Below, one piece after another: positions 20,480-29,741 of a DNA stretch of 64,000 nt. The DNA is taken from assembly GCA_031962025.1 (NCBI GenBank), contig JAVRKW010000003.1. One strand, written 5' to 3'. The notes under the pieces were generated by a model. It had not been told where the DNA came from and searched no databases. It was given only the letters and a program-made list of their open reading frames with translations. Origin of the DNA: Pseudothermotoga sp. GTDB taxonomy: Bacteria > Thermotogota > Thermotogae > Thermotogales > DSM-5069. The position numbers were made by a program, and so were the translations under genes. Every line of letters begins with the position of its first letter. The stretch's first letter is position 1.

Positions 20480-20835
20480 CTTTGTTCCTCCCTTACGTGT
20501 TCGATGGCAGCTTTCAGGATCTGTACCACATGCTGATCGGCGAGTGAATAGAAAACCTGTTTTCCCTGTTTTCTACTTTGAACCAGTTTTGTCATCTTCA
20601 AAATTCTCATCTGATGTGATACAGCAGATTTTGTGGCACCTGTGATGGCACACAGGTCACAGCCACACAATTCCATCTTTTCAAGGGCAAGCAGGATCTT
20701 CAGCCTCGTTGGATCTGAAAAAGTCGAAAACAAAATGGACATGTCGTCTATGGTCTGTTGGTTTTCAAGTCTATCGACAACGGCTTTAACGCGATTTTCG
20801 TGAACCTGATCAATGGAACAAAGATATTTGTTCAT
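20476..20835 (-). CDS. ArsR/SmtB (CadC/ZiaR-like) metal-sensing repressor
   Basis: DPTRLKIL, ELCGCDL, SAVSHQ, YSLADQH...EH alpha5 site. Confidence 0.9.
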   Translation of the reverse strand: MNKYLCSIDQVHENRVKAVVDRLENQQTIDDMSILFSTFSDPTRLKILLALEKMELCGCDLCAITGATKSAVSHQMRILKMTKLVQSRKQGKQVFYSLADQHVVQILKAAIEHVREEQR

Positions 20836-20847
20836 ACCATCACCTCA

Positions 20848-20871
20848 ATAGTTGAACAACTGTTCAACTAT
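20848..20871. promoter_or_regulatory. ArsR/SmtB operator (11-2-11 inverted repeat)
   Basis: ATAGTTGAACA-AC-TGTTCAACTAT between the -10 box and the RBS of the repressor gene. Confidence 0.88.
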
Positions 20872-20900
20872 ATTTTATACCAATCAATGCATGTTGTCAA
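20872..20900 (-). promoter_or_regulatory. Sigma70 promoter of the arsR-cadA operon
   Basis: TTGACA-17nt-TAAAAT on the minus strand. Confidence 0.85.
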
Positions 20901-20935
20901 AGCCTGTGTCAAAAGTCACAGATAGTCTGGTGAAA

Positions 20936-23515
20936 TCATTTTTCGCGTTTTGCAATGACAGCTCTCAAACCGTTTTCAAAAAATTCGATCTCTGTGATCT
21001 TAAAACCAGCTGACTGTAATTCCTCTTTGACCTTAGCCGTTGTTCTCAAAACGCGAAAACCAGGATAATACCAGACCGTGTCGTTTTCGTCTGAAATATT
21101 TGGAGTGTGGTGAAATAGAACGATCTGATTGGCATTAGAGATGATTTTTCTTATTTCCACAGTTTGCTCGACACCTGATAATATGACCATATTCTGAGAT
21201 TTTTCGCTCAGTTTGATACCAAGATCCAGAAAAACATCTTTGAAGTTTTCCAGTTTTTCGTCGGTCTTCACATCCTGCCAGTCAACTTTTGAAAGAACCT
21301 TGTGAAGTTCAACTGGCTGAACTCTCATGGGAAGCTGTTTGTAAAATTCTTTTTCAAAATTCTCGTAGGCTTTGAGCGATTCATCAACCGGATAGGGCTT
21401 TGCATAGATCAAACCGTTTTTTGCCTTGAACCAGGCTCTGACAGGATGGATAACCCCAAAGGTGCAGAATTTCTCAGATATATTTCCAACCCATAAGATC
21501 TCATCGTTGTTATCAAACCAGTTCAGTACCATATTCGGGTACAGACCCGTGTAAAGAAACCTGCCGCAAGATATATCGGCGAGTTTTTCATTTTCCTCGA
21601 CGGCTTTTATATGATAAGATAACGATTTCTTTTTGTCTATTTTTGAATAGAACTGCGCAAGCCTGTAGTAGTACATGGGAAATTTGCCCGGCTCTTTTAT
21701 TTTCTCCAGTAGCTCTATCGCTTTACTTTCGTTTTGTGTATTGACAGCGGAAACGTACAATGCGATATCACTGTCTGAAATTAAATAAAGCTTGCTCACA
21801 TCGTTTCCCAAGTACTTTTTGAAATCCACCAAAAATTCCTTCTGCTTTGAATAAAAGCTATACAGTTCTTCATAGACACCGTCTATTGTTGGATCCAGCC
21901 TGGTTTTTAAATCTTCCACTATCGGTTTGATGAACTGCGACAACTCAGGCACAAGCTGTATGGCATCTCTGTAGGATCTTATCGCATCCAAGAACCTTGA
22001 TTCTTTGAGAAAATGATCAGCCAGGATTGCTCTGGCAACTCCACGAACAACGGGATCTTCGTCTTCGACGAAATTTTCCAGGAATGATTTTTTCTGGGAA
22101 CTGTCCAGCAGTGAATAAACTAAAAGTAATCCACCAACACCATTTTCCTTGACGATACTGTACAGATTTCCTGAACTGAGAAATTGTAGAAAAAGATCCT
22201 GTTTGGTATCAATTCGTTTTAGAAGTGCAAAACTGACCGGAGTGACATCTTTTACAACGATATCTGAAATTTGAACACTGATACCTTCTTCGACAATTTT
22301 TTCATATACAGGCTGCATGTTCACTTTGATCTGCTTTCTTCTCACAAAATCTGTCAGATGTTTTAGTGCAGGCAGACACTCTTCGATATCCTTTTCAGCG
22401 ATCTTGTTGATCAGATGCTGAATCATGCCATTAGAAAGATCTTCGTTTTTTGAAAATCTCTCTTTGGCAAGCTCGTTGAGTTTGTCGTACTCTTCGAGTG
22501 CCGTATAGCCGATCATCGCTGCAAGATCTGCTGTGGGAATGTCTTTGAATGACATTATCGTCCAGCCGAATTTTTCGATGTTCTTTGATGCATTTTCGAC
22601 GGCTTTGGTGAATTTTTCATAATATTCGACCAGTTTTTGCCATTGATGTTTTTTGAGATGGACATTGATCATGGACAAATACGGATCTGGATAATCCGGA
22701 GTTGCGTTTATGGCAGTTTGGGCAAGCTGTATCGCAAGATCGTCCAGACCGGCGTTTATTAAATCTATTGAGAAGATATAAAGAAACTCCAAGCCAATCG
22801 CCGGTATGGAAGATAACCTTTTCATCAGTTGCAAAGCCTGCCAGCCGACTTCAGCGGCTTGATGCAGTTTACCGCCGGTTTTTTCAGTTTTGTAAAGCTG
22901 TATGAGATAATACAATTTTTCCTGATCATTTTTGCATTGCTCTAGGTGTTTTCTTATCAATGTAGCAGTTCGCTCGTACTTCTGTTTTCTGAGCTTTCTG
23001 GTCCAGATATAACCGTAGTGATATATCAAAAAATTCGCGTTGACAACCTTGGGTTTGTAAATTGCCTGGTTATGCACAATGTTCTCGTAATGAACGGTTC
23101 CATTTCTAAAAATACGCGGAGTTGAAGCCGTTTCGGTGCGCTTGAAATCCCAATCCAGATAACTCAGGGTAGGAAGATAAACGGTGTTGACATCCTCTGG
23201 AAGAGATTTGAGAAAGTCTCTTATACCACTTCTAAATTCCTGGGAAACTTCTTCATCGGCATCGAAAATCAAAACCCATTCACAGGTTGGATATTTCAGT
23301 GAATTGTTTCTTGCCTCGGAGAAATCGTTTTTCCACGGGTGAAAGTACAGTTTTTCTGTGTACTCTCTTACGATATTGGGGGTATTGTCAGTTGAACCAG
23401 TGTCTACCACCACGATCTCGTCTGCCACGTCTTTTATACTGTCCAGAGCTCTTCTGATGTTGTGTTCTTCATCTTTGACAATCATTGCAACTGATAGTAA
23501 ACACTTTTCTTTCAC
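20936..23515 (-). CDS. GT2 glycosyltransferase with long TPR-like region
   Basis: LSVAMIVKDEE, VDTGSTD, WKNDFSEARN, DADE, HYGY, then helical repeats. Confidence 0.85.
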   Translation of the reverse strand: MKEKCLLSVAMIVKDEEHNIRRALDSIKDVADEIVVVDTGSTDNTPNIVREYTEKLYFHPWKNDFSEARNNSLKYPTCEWVLIFDADEEVSQEFRSGIRDFLKSLPEDVNTVYLPTLSYLDWDFKRTETASTPRIFRNGTVHYENIVHNQAIYKPKVVNANFLIYHYGYIWTRKLRKQKYERTATLIRKHLEQCKNDQEKLYYLIQLYKTEKTGGKLHQAAEVGWQALQLMKRLSSIPAIGLEFLYIFSIDLINAGLDDLAIQLAQTAINATPDYPDPYLSMINVHLKKHQWQKLVEYYEKFTKAVENASKNIEKFGWTIMSFKDIPTADLAAMIGYTALEEYDKLNELAKERFSKNEDLSNGMIQHLINKIAEKDIEECLPALKHLTDFVRRKQIKVNMQPVYEKIVEEGISVQISDIVVKDVTPVSFALLKRIDTKQDLFLQFLSSGNLYSIVKENGVGGLLLVYSLLDSSQKKSFLENFVEDEDPVVRGVARAILADHFLKESRFLDAIRSYRDAIQLVPELSQFIKPIVEDLKTRLDPTIDGVYEELYSFYSKQKEFLVDFKKYLGNDVSKLYLISDSDIALYVSAVNTQNESKAIELLEKIKEPGKFPMYYYRLAQFYSKIDKKKSLSYHIKAVEENEKLADISCGRFLYTGLYPNMVLNWFDNNDEILWVGNISEKFCTFGVIHPVRAWFKAKNGLIYAKPYPVDESLKAYENFEKEFYKQLPMRVQPVELHKVLSKVDWQDVKTDEKLENFKDVFLDLGIKLSEKSQNMVILSGVEQTVEIRKIISNANQIVLFHHTPNISDENDTVWYYPGFRVLRTTAKVKEELQSAGFKITEIEFFENGLRAVIAKREK

Positions 23516-23545
23516 ACCAATACCCCCTCACACACGAGTGATAGA

Positions 23546-25993
23546 TCAGCAAACTATATTCAGAAGCCTTTTTTGAACATATAGCACCTTTTTTGGCTCA
23601 CCCTCAACGAACTTTTTCACTCTATCGCTCAAAAGGGCAAGCCTTAATACCTCATCTTGATCTGCATCAACGGGAACTTTGATCCTGTCTCTGACCTTGC
23701 CGTTTACCTGTACTGCTATCTCGATTTCTTCAATAACCAGTGCCTGTGGATCGTATTCGGGCCATTTTTCTTTCATTATCGAAGTGGTCTTTCCCATCCT
23801 GTGCCACAGCTCTTCGGCAAAATGAGGTGCAAAAGGAGAAATCATCAAAAGGAAATTTTCGGCAAATTCTCTCAAAATCCTTATGTTCCATTTTTCTTTT
23901 GGCACATCTTCCATGTAGTCCCAGACGCTGTTTATGAGTTCCATCAATCCGCTTATTGCGGTGTTGAATTTAAAACCACCTTCCATGTCCTGCGTGATTT
24001 TTTTCAAATTGGAGTGCAACTTTTTTCTCAATTCTTTTTCTTTTTCTGTGAACTGAGAGTCACCGTGATCTGTTGTTGAGATTATTTGATCAACCACGGT
24101 CCAGGCTTTTCTTATGAACCTGTGAACACCTTCGATACCGGAATCATTCCATTCAGCATCTCTTTCAGGTGGTCCCATGAAGAGAATGTACATTCTCAAT
24201 GTATCTGCACCGTATTTTTCAATCATATCATCCGGTGATACGACATTGCCCTTGCTTTTTGACATTTTTGCACCATCTTTGTAAATCATTCCCTGAGTGA
24301 AGAGATTTTCAAAAGGTTCGTCGAAACTCAGATATCCCAAATCGTGCAGTACCTTTGTTATAAACCTTGAGTAGAGCAAGTGCAGTATTGCATGTTCCAC
24401 ACCACCGACATATTGATCCACTGGTAGCCAGTAATCCACATCTTCTTTTACAAATGGTGCACTGTCAAGATCTGGATTGACATATCTGAGAAAATACCAG
24501 GAAGAATCCACAAAGGTGTCCATTGTATCTGCTTCTCTCAATGCTGGTCTACCACACTTTGGACAGGTAGTTTTTCTGAATTCATCGCTCAGCATCAAAG
24601 GTGATTGACCGGTCGGAAGAAATTCTACGTTATAAGGCAGTTTCACAGGTAGATCTTTTTCTGGTACCGGTACTATACCACAGTGATCACAGTAGATTAC
24701 CGGTATCGGTGCACCCCAGTAACGCTGTCGAGAGATCAGCCAGTCTCTCAATTTGTACTGTACTGCCCTCTTTCCAAGTCCTTTTTCTTCGAGCCAGGAT
24801 ATGACTTTTTCCATTCCATCTGGAACCGGTGTGCCACTGAGCTGACCGCTGTTGATCATCACACCAGGTCCGTCGTATGCCTTGTCCATGGGCACATCCT
24901 GCGCCGGTTTTATAACCTGTCTTATTGGTATATTGTACTTGGTCGCAAATTCAAAATCACGCTGATCGTGTGCAGGAACACCCATCACTGCTCCTGTGCC
25001 GTACTCCATCAGGACATAGTTTGCGACGTATATCGGCACTTTTTCACCGTTTACAGGGTTGATCGCATATCTTCCGGTGAAGAACCCTTCTTTTTCAACG
25101 TCGATCGCGCTTCTTCTGAATCTATCCTGCTGACCAATGCGTTCCAGGAATTTTTCCAGATCTTTGTGCAGTTGTGCGGTTACGATCTGTTCAACGAGTG
25201 GTGATTCCGGTGCAAGTGCCATGAAGGTTACTCCCCACAGTGTGTCCGGTCTTGTTGTGAAAACTTCAATCTGTGTATCTAAACCATCCACTTTGAATTT
25301 TATCCTTGCCCCTTTGCTCTCACCTATCCAGTTTCTCTGCATGGTCTTCACGTGTTCGGGCCAGCCCGTGAGTTTATCCAGATCTTTCAAAAGTCTTTCT
25401 GCGTAGTCGGTTATTCTGAAAAACCATTGTTCCAAATGTTTTATCGTGACAGGCGTATCACATCTTTCGCATTTTCCATCCTTGACCTGCTCATTCGCAA
25501 GCGATGTCATACACTTCGGGCACCAGTTAACAGCGGCTTTTTTCTTGTAAGCAAGTCCAGCCTCGTAGAGCTTCAAGAAAACCCATTCAGTCCATTTGTA
25601 ATACGGCTCAATACAGGTTATGACCTCTCTGCTCCAGTCGTAGCTGATACCCAGTTTTTTGATCTGCCCTCTTATTGTGTTGATGTTTTTCATAGTCCAG
25701 TCGTGTGGATGAATTTTTCTTTCAATTGCAGCATTTTCCGCCGGAAGACCAAAAGCATCGTAACCAAATGGATGCAAAACATTATAACCACGCATTCTCT
25801 TGTATCGGGCGACTGCATCTCCTATCACGTAATTTTTCACATGTCCAACATGGAGCGTACCGGATGGGTATGGAAACATCACGAGCATGTAATATTTTGG
25901 AAGCTCAGAGCGCTGAGCTGTCTTGAACATACCATTTTCTTCCCAGTATTTTTGCCATTTCGGTTCTATCTCCTTGGGTTCATATTTCGACAC
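23546..25993 (-). CDS. leuS: Leucine-tRNA ligase
   Basis: MFPYPSG, HVGH, KMSKS, GTGAVMGVPAHD editing site. Confidence 0.97.
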   Translation of the reverse strand: MSKYEPKEIEPKWQKYWEENGMFKTAQRSELPKYYMLVMFPYPSGTLHVGHVKNYVIGDAVARYKRMRGYNVLHPFGYDAFGLPAENAAIERKIHPHDWTMKNINTIRGQIKKLGISYDWSREVITCIEPYYKWTEWVFLKLYEAGLAYKKKAAVNWCPKCMTSLANEQVKDGKCERCDTPVTIKHLEQWFFRITDYAERLLKDLDKLTGWPEHVKTMQRNWIGESKGARIKFKVDGLDTQIEVFTTRPDTLWGVTFMALAPESPLVEQIVTAQLHKDLEKFLERIGQQDRFRRSAIDVEKEGFFTGRYAINPVNGEKVPIYVANYVLMEYGTGAVMGVPAHDQRDFEFATKYNIPIRQVIKPAQDVPMDKAYDGPGVMINSGQLSGTPVPDGMEKVISWLEEKGLGKRAVQYKLRDWLISRQRYWGAPIPVIYCDHCGIVPVPEKDLPVKLPYNVEFLPTGQSPLMLSDEFRKTTCPKCGRPALREADTMDTFVDSSWYFLRYVNPDLDSAPFVKEDVDYWLPVDQYVGGVEHAILHLLYSRFITKVLHDLGYLSFDEPFENLFTQGMIYKDGAKMSKSKGNVVSPDDMIEKYGADTLRMYILFMGPPERDAEWNDSGIEGVHRFIRKAWTVVDQIISTTDHGDSQFTEKEKELRKKLHSNLKKITQDMEGGFKFNTAISGLMELINSVWDYMEDVPKEKWNIRILREFAENFLLMISPFAPHFAEELWHRMGKTTSIMKEKWPEYDPQALVIEEIEIAVQVNGKVRDRIKVPVDADQDEVLRLALLSDRVKKFVEGEPKKVLYVQKRLLNIVC

Positions 25994-26007
25994 ACGATCA
26001 CCTCCAA

Positions 26008-26592
26008 CTACTTGGAAAAGATTATAGCACTCAGTTTTTCAAAAAGAGTACTGAAGGCTTTATATCTATGACTCAATCTGTGTTTTTCTTCTTTCATTTC
26101 ACCAAAAGTCATCTGATAACCATCTGGTATGAAAATCGGATCGTAACCAAAACCGTTTGTGCCTCTTATGGTTTCACTGATCCTGCCTTCCACATCCTTC
26201 TCACAACAGAGCACGATTTTCTCCACAGGATCATAATAAGCGGCTGCGCAGACAAATCTTGCTCTCTTTTCCTGTTTGTTTTTGAGCATTTCCAGTATGA
26301 AGAGCATTTTCTGCTCGTATGAACTGTTTTCCATGAACCGTGCAGAGTGAACCCCCGGAAAACCATCAAGTGCATCTATCACAAGTCCGGAATCATCGGC
26401 TATGGTCCTGCATCTTGTGACATTTCCATAAAAGATGGCTTTTTTAATTGCATTTTCGGCAAAGCTGTTCCCGTCTTCCGGGGCTTCTATCTTCACATCC
26501 AGGTCATTCAGCGACAGGATCTGTACTTCTTGTGGTACGAATCTTTTTATCTCTTCCAGTTTGTGTTTGTTCTTTGTTGCGATCAAGAGCAT
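26008..26592 (-). CDS. rdgB: Non-canonical purine NTP pyrophosphatase (RdgB/Ham1)
   Basis: ATKNKHK, ADDSGL, GFGYDPIF, SHR; ATG after GGAG. Confidence 0.93.
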   Translation of the reverse strand: MLLIATKNKHKLEEIKRFVPQEVQILSLNDLDVKIEAPEDGNSFAENAIKKAIFYGNVTRCRTIADDSGLVIDALDGFPGVHSARFMENSSYEQKMLFILEMLKNKQEKRARFVCAAAYYDPVEKIVLCCEKDVEGRISETIRGTNGFGYDPIFIPDGYQMTFGEMKEEKHRLSHRYKAFSTLFEKLSAIIFSK

Positions 26593-27233
26593 TTTATCTC
26601 CTCCAGTTTTCTTTTGAAAGATGCAGGGTCGTGTTTGAAAATCCCATATCCCATCACCAGTATCTGTGCACCACTGCAAACCACTTCGGTTACTGTTTCT
26701 TCATTTATTCCACCATCGACCATTATTTTCAGATTCAGGTTTTTCTTTTGAATTATTTTTGAGAGTCTTTTGATCTTTTCGACAGTTGTCTTTATGAACT
26801 TTTGACCGGAAAATCCCGGATTCACAGTCATGATGAGAACACCATCGATATCACTCAGGATGTCCGAGAGCATCTCCACAGGAGTATGTGGATTGAGTGC
26901 TACATAAGCCTGTGCACCTTTGTCTTTGATTTGATAAATAGTCCTGTGTAAGTGCAAACATGCTTCATAATGCACAGTGACTATCGAAGCACCGGCATCG
27001 ACAAATTTTTCAACGTATTTTTCCGGTTGGACGATCATCAAATGTGCATCTACTGGTAAATCAGTGCATCTTTTCACCGCTTCAAGCAGTGGTATTCCAA
27101 AGGTTATGTTTGGTACAAAGACGCCATCCATGACGTCAAGATGGATCATGTCTATATATGGCTCGACTCTTTTGATTTCCTCGCAAAGTTTTGACAGATC
27201 ACTTGCCAGTATCGATGCAGAAATCATTGCCAT
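26583..27233 (-). CDS. rpe: Ribulose-phosphate 3-epimerase
   Basis: HLDVMDG, DAHLM, MTVNPGFSGQ, VDGG. Confidence 0.95.
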   Translation of the reverse strand: MAMISASILASDLSKLCEEIKRVEPYIDMIHLDVMDGVFVPNITFGIPLLEAVKRCTDLPVDAHLMIVQPEKYVEKFVDAGASIVTVHYEACLHLHRTIYQIKDKGAQAYVALNPHTPVEMLSDILSDIDGVLIMTVNPGFSGQKFIKTTVEKIKRLSKIIQKKNLNLKIMVDGGINEETVTEVVCSGAQILVMGYGIFKHDPASFKRKLEEIKCS

Positions 27234-28135
27234 TTTTTGCTCACTTCCCTGTATATTTCAAGATAATTTTCGTATCTACTTGGGGAAATTACTCCTTTCT
27301 GAACAGATTCTTTGACTTTACATCCTGGTTCATCGATGTGAGTGCAGTCTTTGAACAAGCAATTTCCGTTTTCGAGTATTTCTGGAAAATACAGCTTTAG
27401 GTTCTCTGGTTTGATGTGATCCATTTGTATGAGTGAAAATCCCGGAGTATCCACTATAAAACCACCAAAGGGTAGACGAATCAATTCGGCCGCTGTAGTT
27501 GTGTGCTTTCCCCTTTCAATTTTTTCAGAGATCTCCTGCGTTTTGAGATTTACTCCAGGACAAATACTGTTTAAAAGGCTGCTTTTCCCCACACCGGAAG
27601 GTCCTGCAAAAACAGAAAGTCTGTCTTTGAGATGTTCTTTCAATTCTTCAGTGCCTTCAGTGGTTTTTGCACTTGTACAGATAACGGGATATATTTTTCC
27701 ATAGGTTTCAATGAAAGATCTTTTTTTATCCTGATCTGATTCTTCGAGCAGATCTATTTTGTTAAGCACCAGCAGGGCATTCAATTTTGCTTCTTCAACC
27801 AGAACGAGTATCTTATCGAGCATGAGAAGAGGAACCTGTGGTTTTTTGATGGTATAGACGCAGACTACCTGATCTATATTCGCCACCCTTGGTTTTGGCA
27901 GTTCATTTTTTCGCTTTAAAACAGATTCCACAACACCTGTATCACCTACTTTTGTGTATTCAACAACATCCCCCACAATGGGTTTTAACCCCTGAACTTT
28001 GAAACGTCCTCTCAGGTAACATCTCACTCTTTCATTGGTTTTTGAATCCTCGACTATCAGAGCATTTGACATGAATTTTACCACTATTCCTCTATTTCTC
28101 AGAACTCGATCCCTCCCCTGGTTCTCCAGAATCAA
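27224..28135 (-). CDS. rsgA: Ribosome small subunit-dependent GTPase A
   Basis: NKID, GPSGVGKSS, GKHTT, DTPG, C-x4-C-x-H-x5-C zinc finger. Confidence 0.95.
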   Translation of the reverse strand: MILENQGRDRVLRNRGIVVKFMSNALIVEDSKTNERVRCYLRGRFKVQGLKPIVGDVVEYTKVGDTGVVESVLKRKNELPKPRVANIDQVVCVYTIKKPQVPLLMLDKILVLVEEAKLNALLVLNKIDLLEESDQDKKRSFIETYGKIYPVICTSAKTTEGTEELKEHLKDRLSVFAGPSGVGKSSLLNSICPGVNLKTQEISEKIERGKHTTTAAELIRLPFGGFIVDTPGFSLIQMDHIKPENLKLYFPEILENGNCLFKDCTHIDEPGCKVKESVQKGVISPSRYENYLEIYREVSKKWQ

Positions 28136-28622
28136 CCAGAATTGTCACCTCGCTGTTCTGCTTCAGAGTGCTTCCCACCGGAGGATAGATTCCCATAACC
28201 CTGCCGTCGGTACCTTTGAAAGGAAAATGCATTATTCTTATTTGAAAGCCCATCTGAGATAGTATTTTCACAGCAGTTTCTTTTGGAGCACCAATCAGGT
28301 CTGGAATTGTTATCTGCTGCGGTTCTCTCAGAAAGATGGTAACAGGTCTATTTTTTCTCACCTTCTGTCCGACATCCGGATAAGTGTGGTCCACCAAACC
28401 ACTTCCAAGCACCTGACTTGGTTTTAATCCTGCTTTTTTGAGTTCTTTAACTGCCTGATCGATTTCAAGACCTTTGACATTTGGTATCTCGACTATCTGA
28501 GGGTGGATCAGAAAATAACTGAAAAAGATAACACCACCTGCTATCATGCCGAAGAACATGTACAGCAAAAACACAAGGACTTTTTTCAGCGCTGAAGGTT
28601 TCTGATCCTTAGCTGTCCGCAT
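28092..28622 (-). CDS. Membrane-anchored protein with two PASTA domains and no kinase domain
   Basis: TM followed by VEIPNVKGL...A...L and ITIPDLIG...A...L repeats. Confidence 0.85.
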   Translation of the reverse strand: MRTAKDQKPSALKKVLVFLLYMFFGMIAGGVIFFSYFLIHPQIVEIPNVKGLEIDQAVKELKKAGLKPSQVLGSGLVDHTYPDVGQKVRKNRPVTIFLREPQQITIPDLIGAPKETAVKILSQMGFQIRIMHFPFKGTDGRVMGIYPPVGSTLKQNSEVTILVDSGEPGEGSSSEK

Positions 28623-29593
28623 GCTGCTTCGATGTCCGCTCCTTTCTCGTATCTTATCTCCGCTTCTATACCAGATTCAATCAATATCTGTTTGAATCTG
28701 TTGATCTTCCACTGATTTGGTCTTTCCATACCCGGTACAACTGGGTTTACGGGAATCAAATTCACAAAGACTTTCATTCCTTTAAGCAGTTTTGCGAGTC
28801 TTCTTGCATCTTCATCAAAGTCATTGAATTCTCTTATGAGAATGTATTCTATCGTCACCCTGCGATCTGATTTTTCCTGATACGTCCTTGCCGCATCGAG
28901 TAATTCTTCTATGGAGTATTTTTTGTTCATCGGAATTATCTGGTCTCTTTTTTCGTTGCTTGCGGCATGCAGTGATATCGCCAGGTTCAGGTCAAGTCCC
29001 TCTTGAGAAAGCTTCAATATCTTCTCGGGTATTCCCACGGTGCTTATGGTTATGCGCCTTACACCGACATTTTTTGTTTTTTCGTGTATCAGTATCCTCA
29101 CACTTTTCAGGACGTTGTCGTAATTGAGCAGTGGTTCTCCCATTCCCATGTAAACTACATTTCTTATTGTCTGATTTGAATCTTTTTCAATCGCAAGAAT
29201 TTGTGAGACAATCTCGCCGGCTGACAGATTTCTCACAAAACCACTCTGTCCCGTTGCGCAGAAACTGCATTTGACCGGACAACCCACCTGTGTAGATATA
29301 CAGGATGTGGCATAACCTTCGTGAAATAAAAGCACAGATTCCACGGTATTACCATCCTGCAGTCTGTAAAGATACTTCGTTGTCTTGTCCAAAGAAGAAA
29401 TTCTCTTGTCGAGAATCTCGGGTAAGTCGATTGAGAATCTTTCGGCAAAAACCTTTCTGTGCTGCAACGACAGATTTGTCATCTGTTCAAATGTAAAAAC
29501 GTGTTTTTTGTAAATCCAGTCGAGCACCTGATCTGCTCTGTATCTTTCAAGCCCAAGATCTTTGACGGCTGTCAGAAATTCGTCATAGCTCAT
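28586..29593 (-). CDS. rlmN: Dual-specificity 23S rRNA/tRNA m2A methyltransferase (start may be CTG at 29608)
   Basis: CISTQVGCPVKCSFC radical SAM motif, MGMGEP, AACGQL. Confidence 0.95.
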   Translation of the reverse strand: MSYDEFLTAVKDLGLERYRADQVLDWIYKKHVFTFEQMTNLSLQHRKVFAERFSIDLPEILDKRISSLDKTTKYLYRLQDGNTVESVLLFHEGYATSCISTQVGCPVKCSFCATGQSGFVRNLSAGEIVSQILAIEKDSNQTIRNVVYMGMGEPLLNYDNVLKSVRILIHEKTKNVGVRRITISTVGIPEKILKLSQEGLDLNLAISLHAASNEKRDQIIPMNKKYSIEELLDAARTYQEKSDRRVTIEYILIREFNDFDEDARRLAKLLKGMKVFVNLIPVNPVVPGMERPNQWKINRFKQILIESGIEAEIRYEKGADIEAACGQLRIRNLQR

Positions 29594-29741
29594 TGAGAGT
29601 ATATTCAGAAAAAATCACCTCACAAATTAGATTATAAATCGACATGCCGTGGATCTGATATCTTTGCAAGATCTTAAAATTAATGAGACCAAAAAGGAGT
29701 CAATGAATACGGTGATATAATTCAAAAGGAGGTGTCCTGTC

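Noticed and set aside
25994..26010. T-box leaders for leuS or ileS
   Set aside because: Both genes are operon-internal with gaps under 15 nt; no T-box motif is visible
25352..26071. 239-aa plus-strand ORF
   Set aside because: Antisense shadow of leuS with no recognisable motifs
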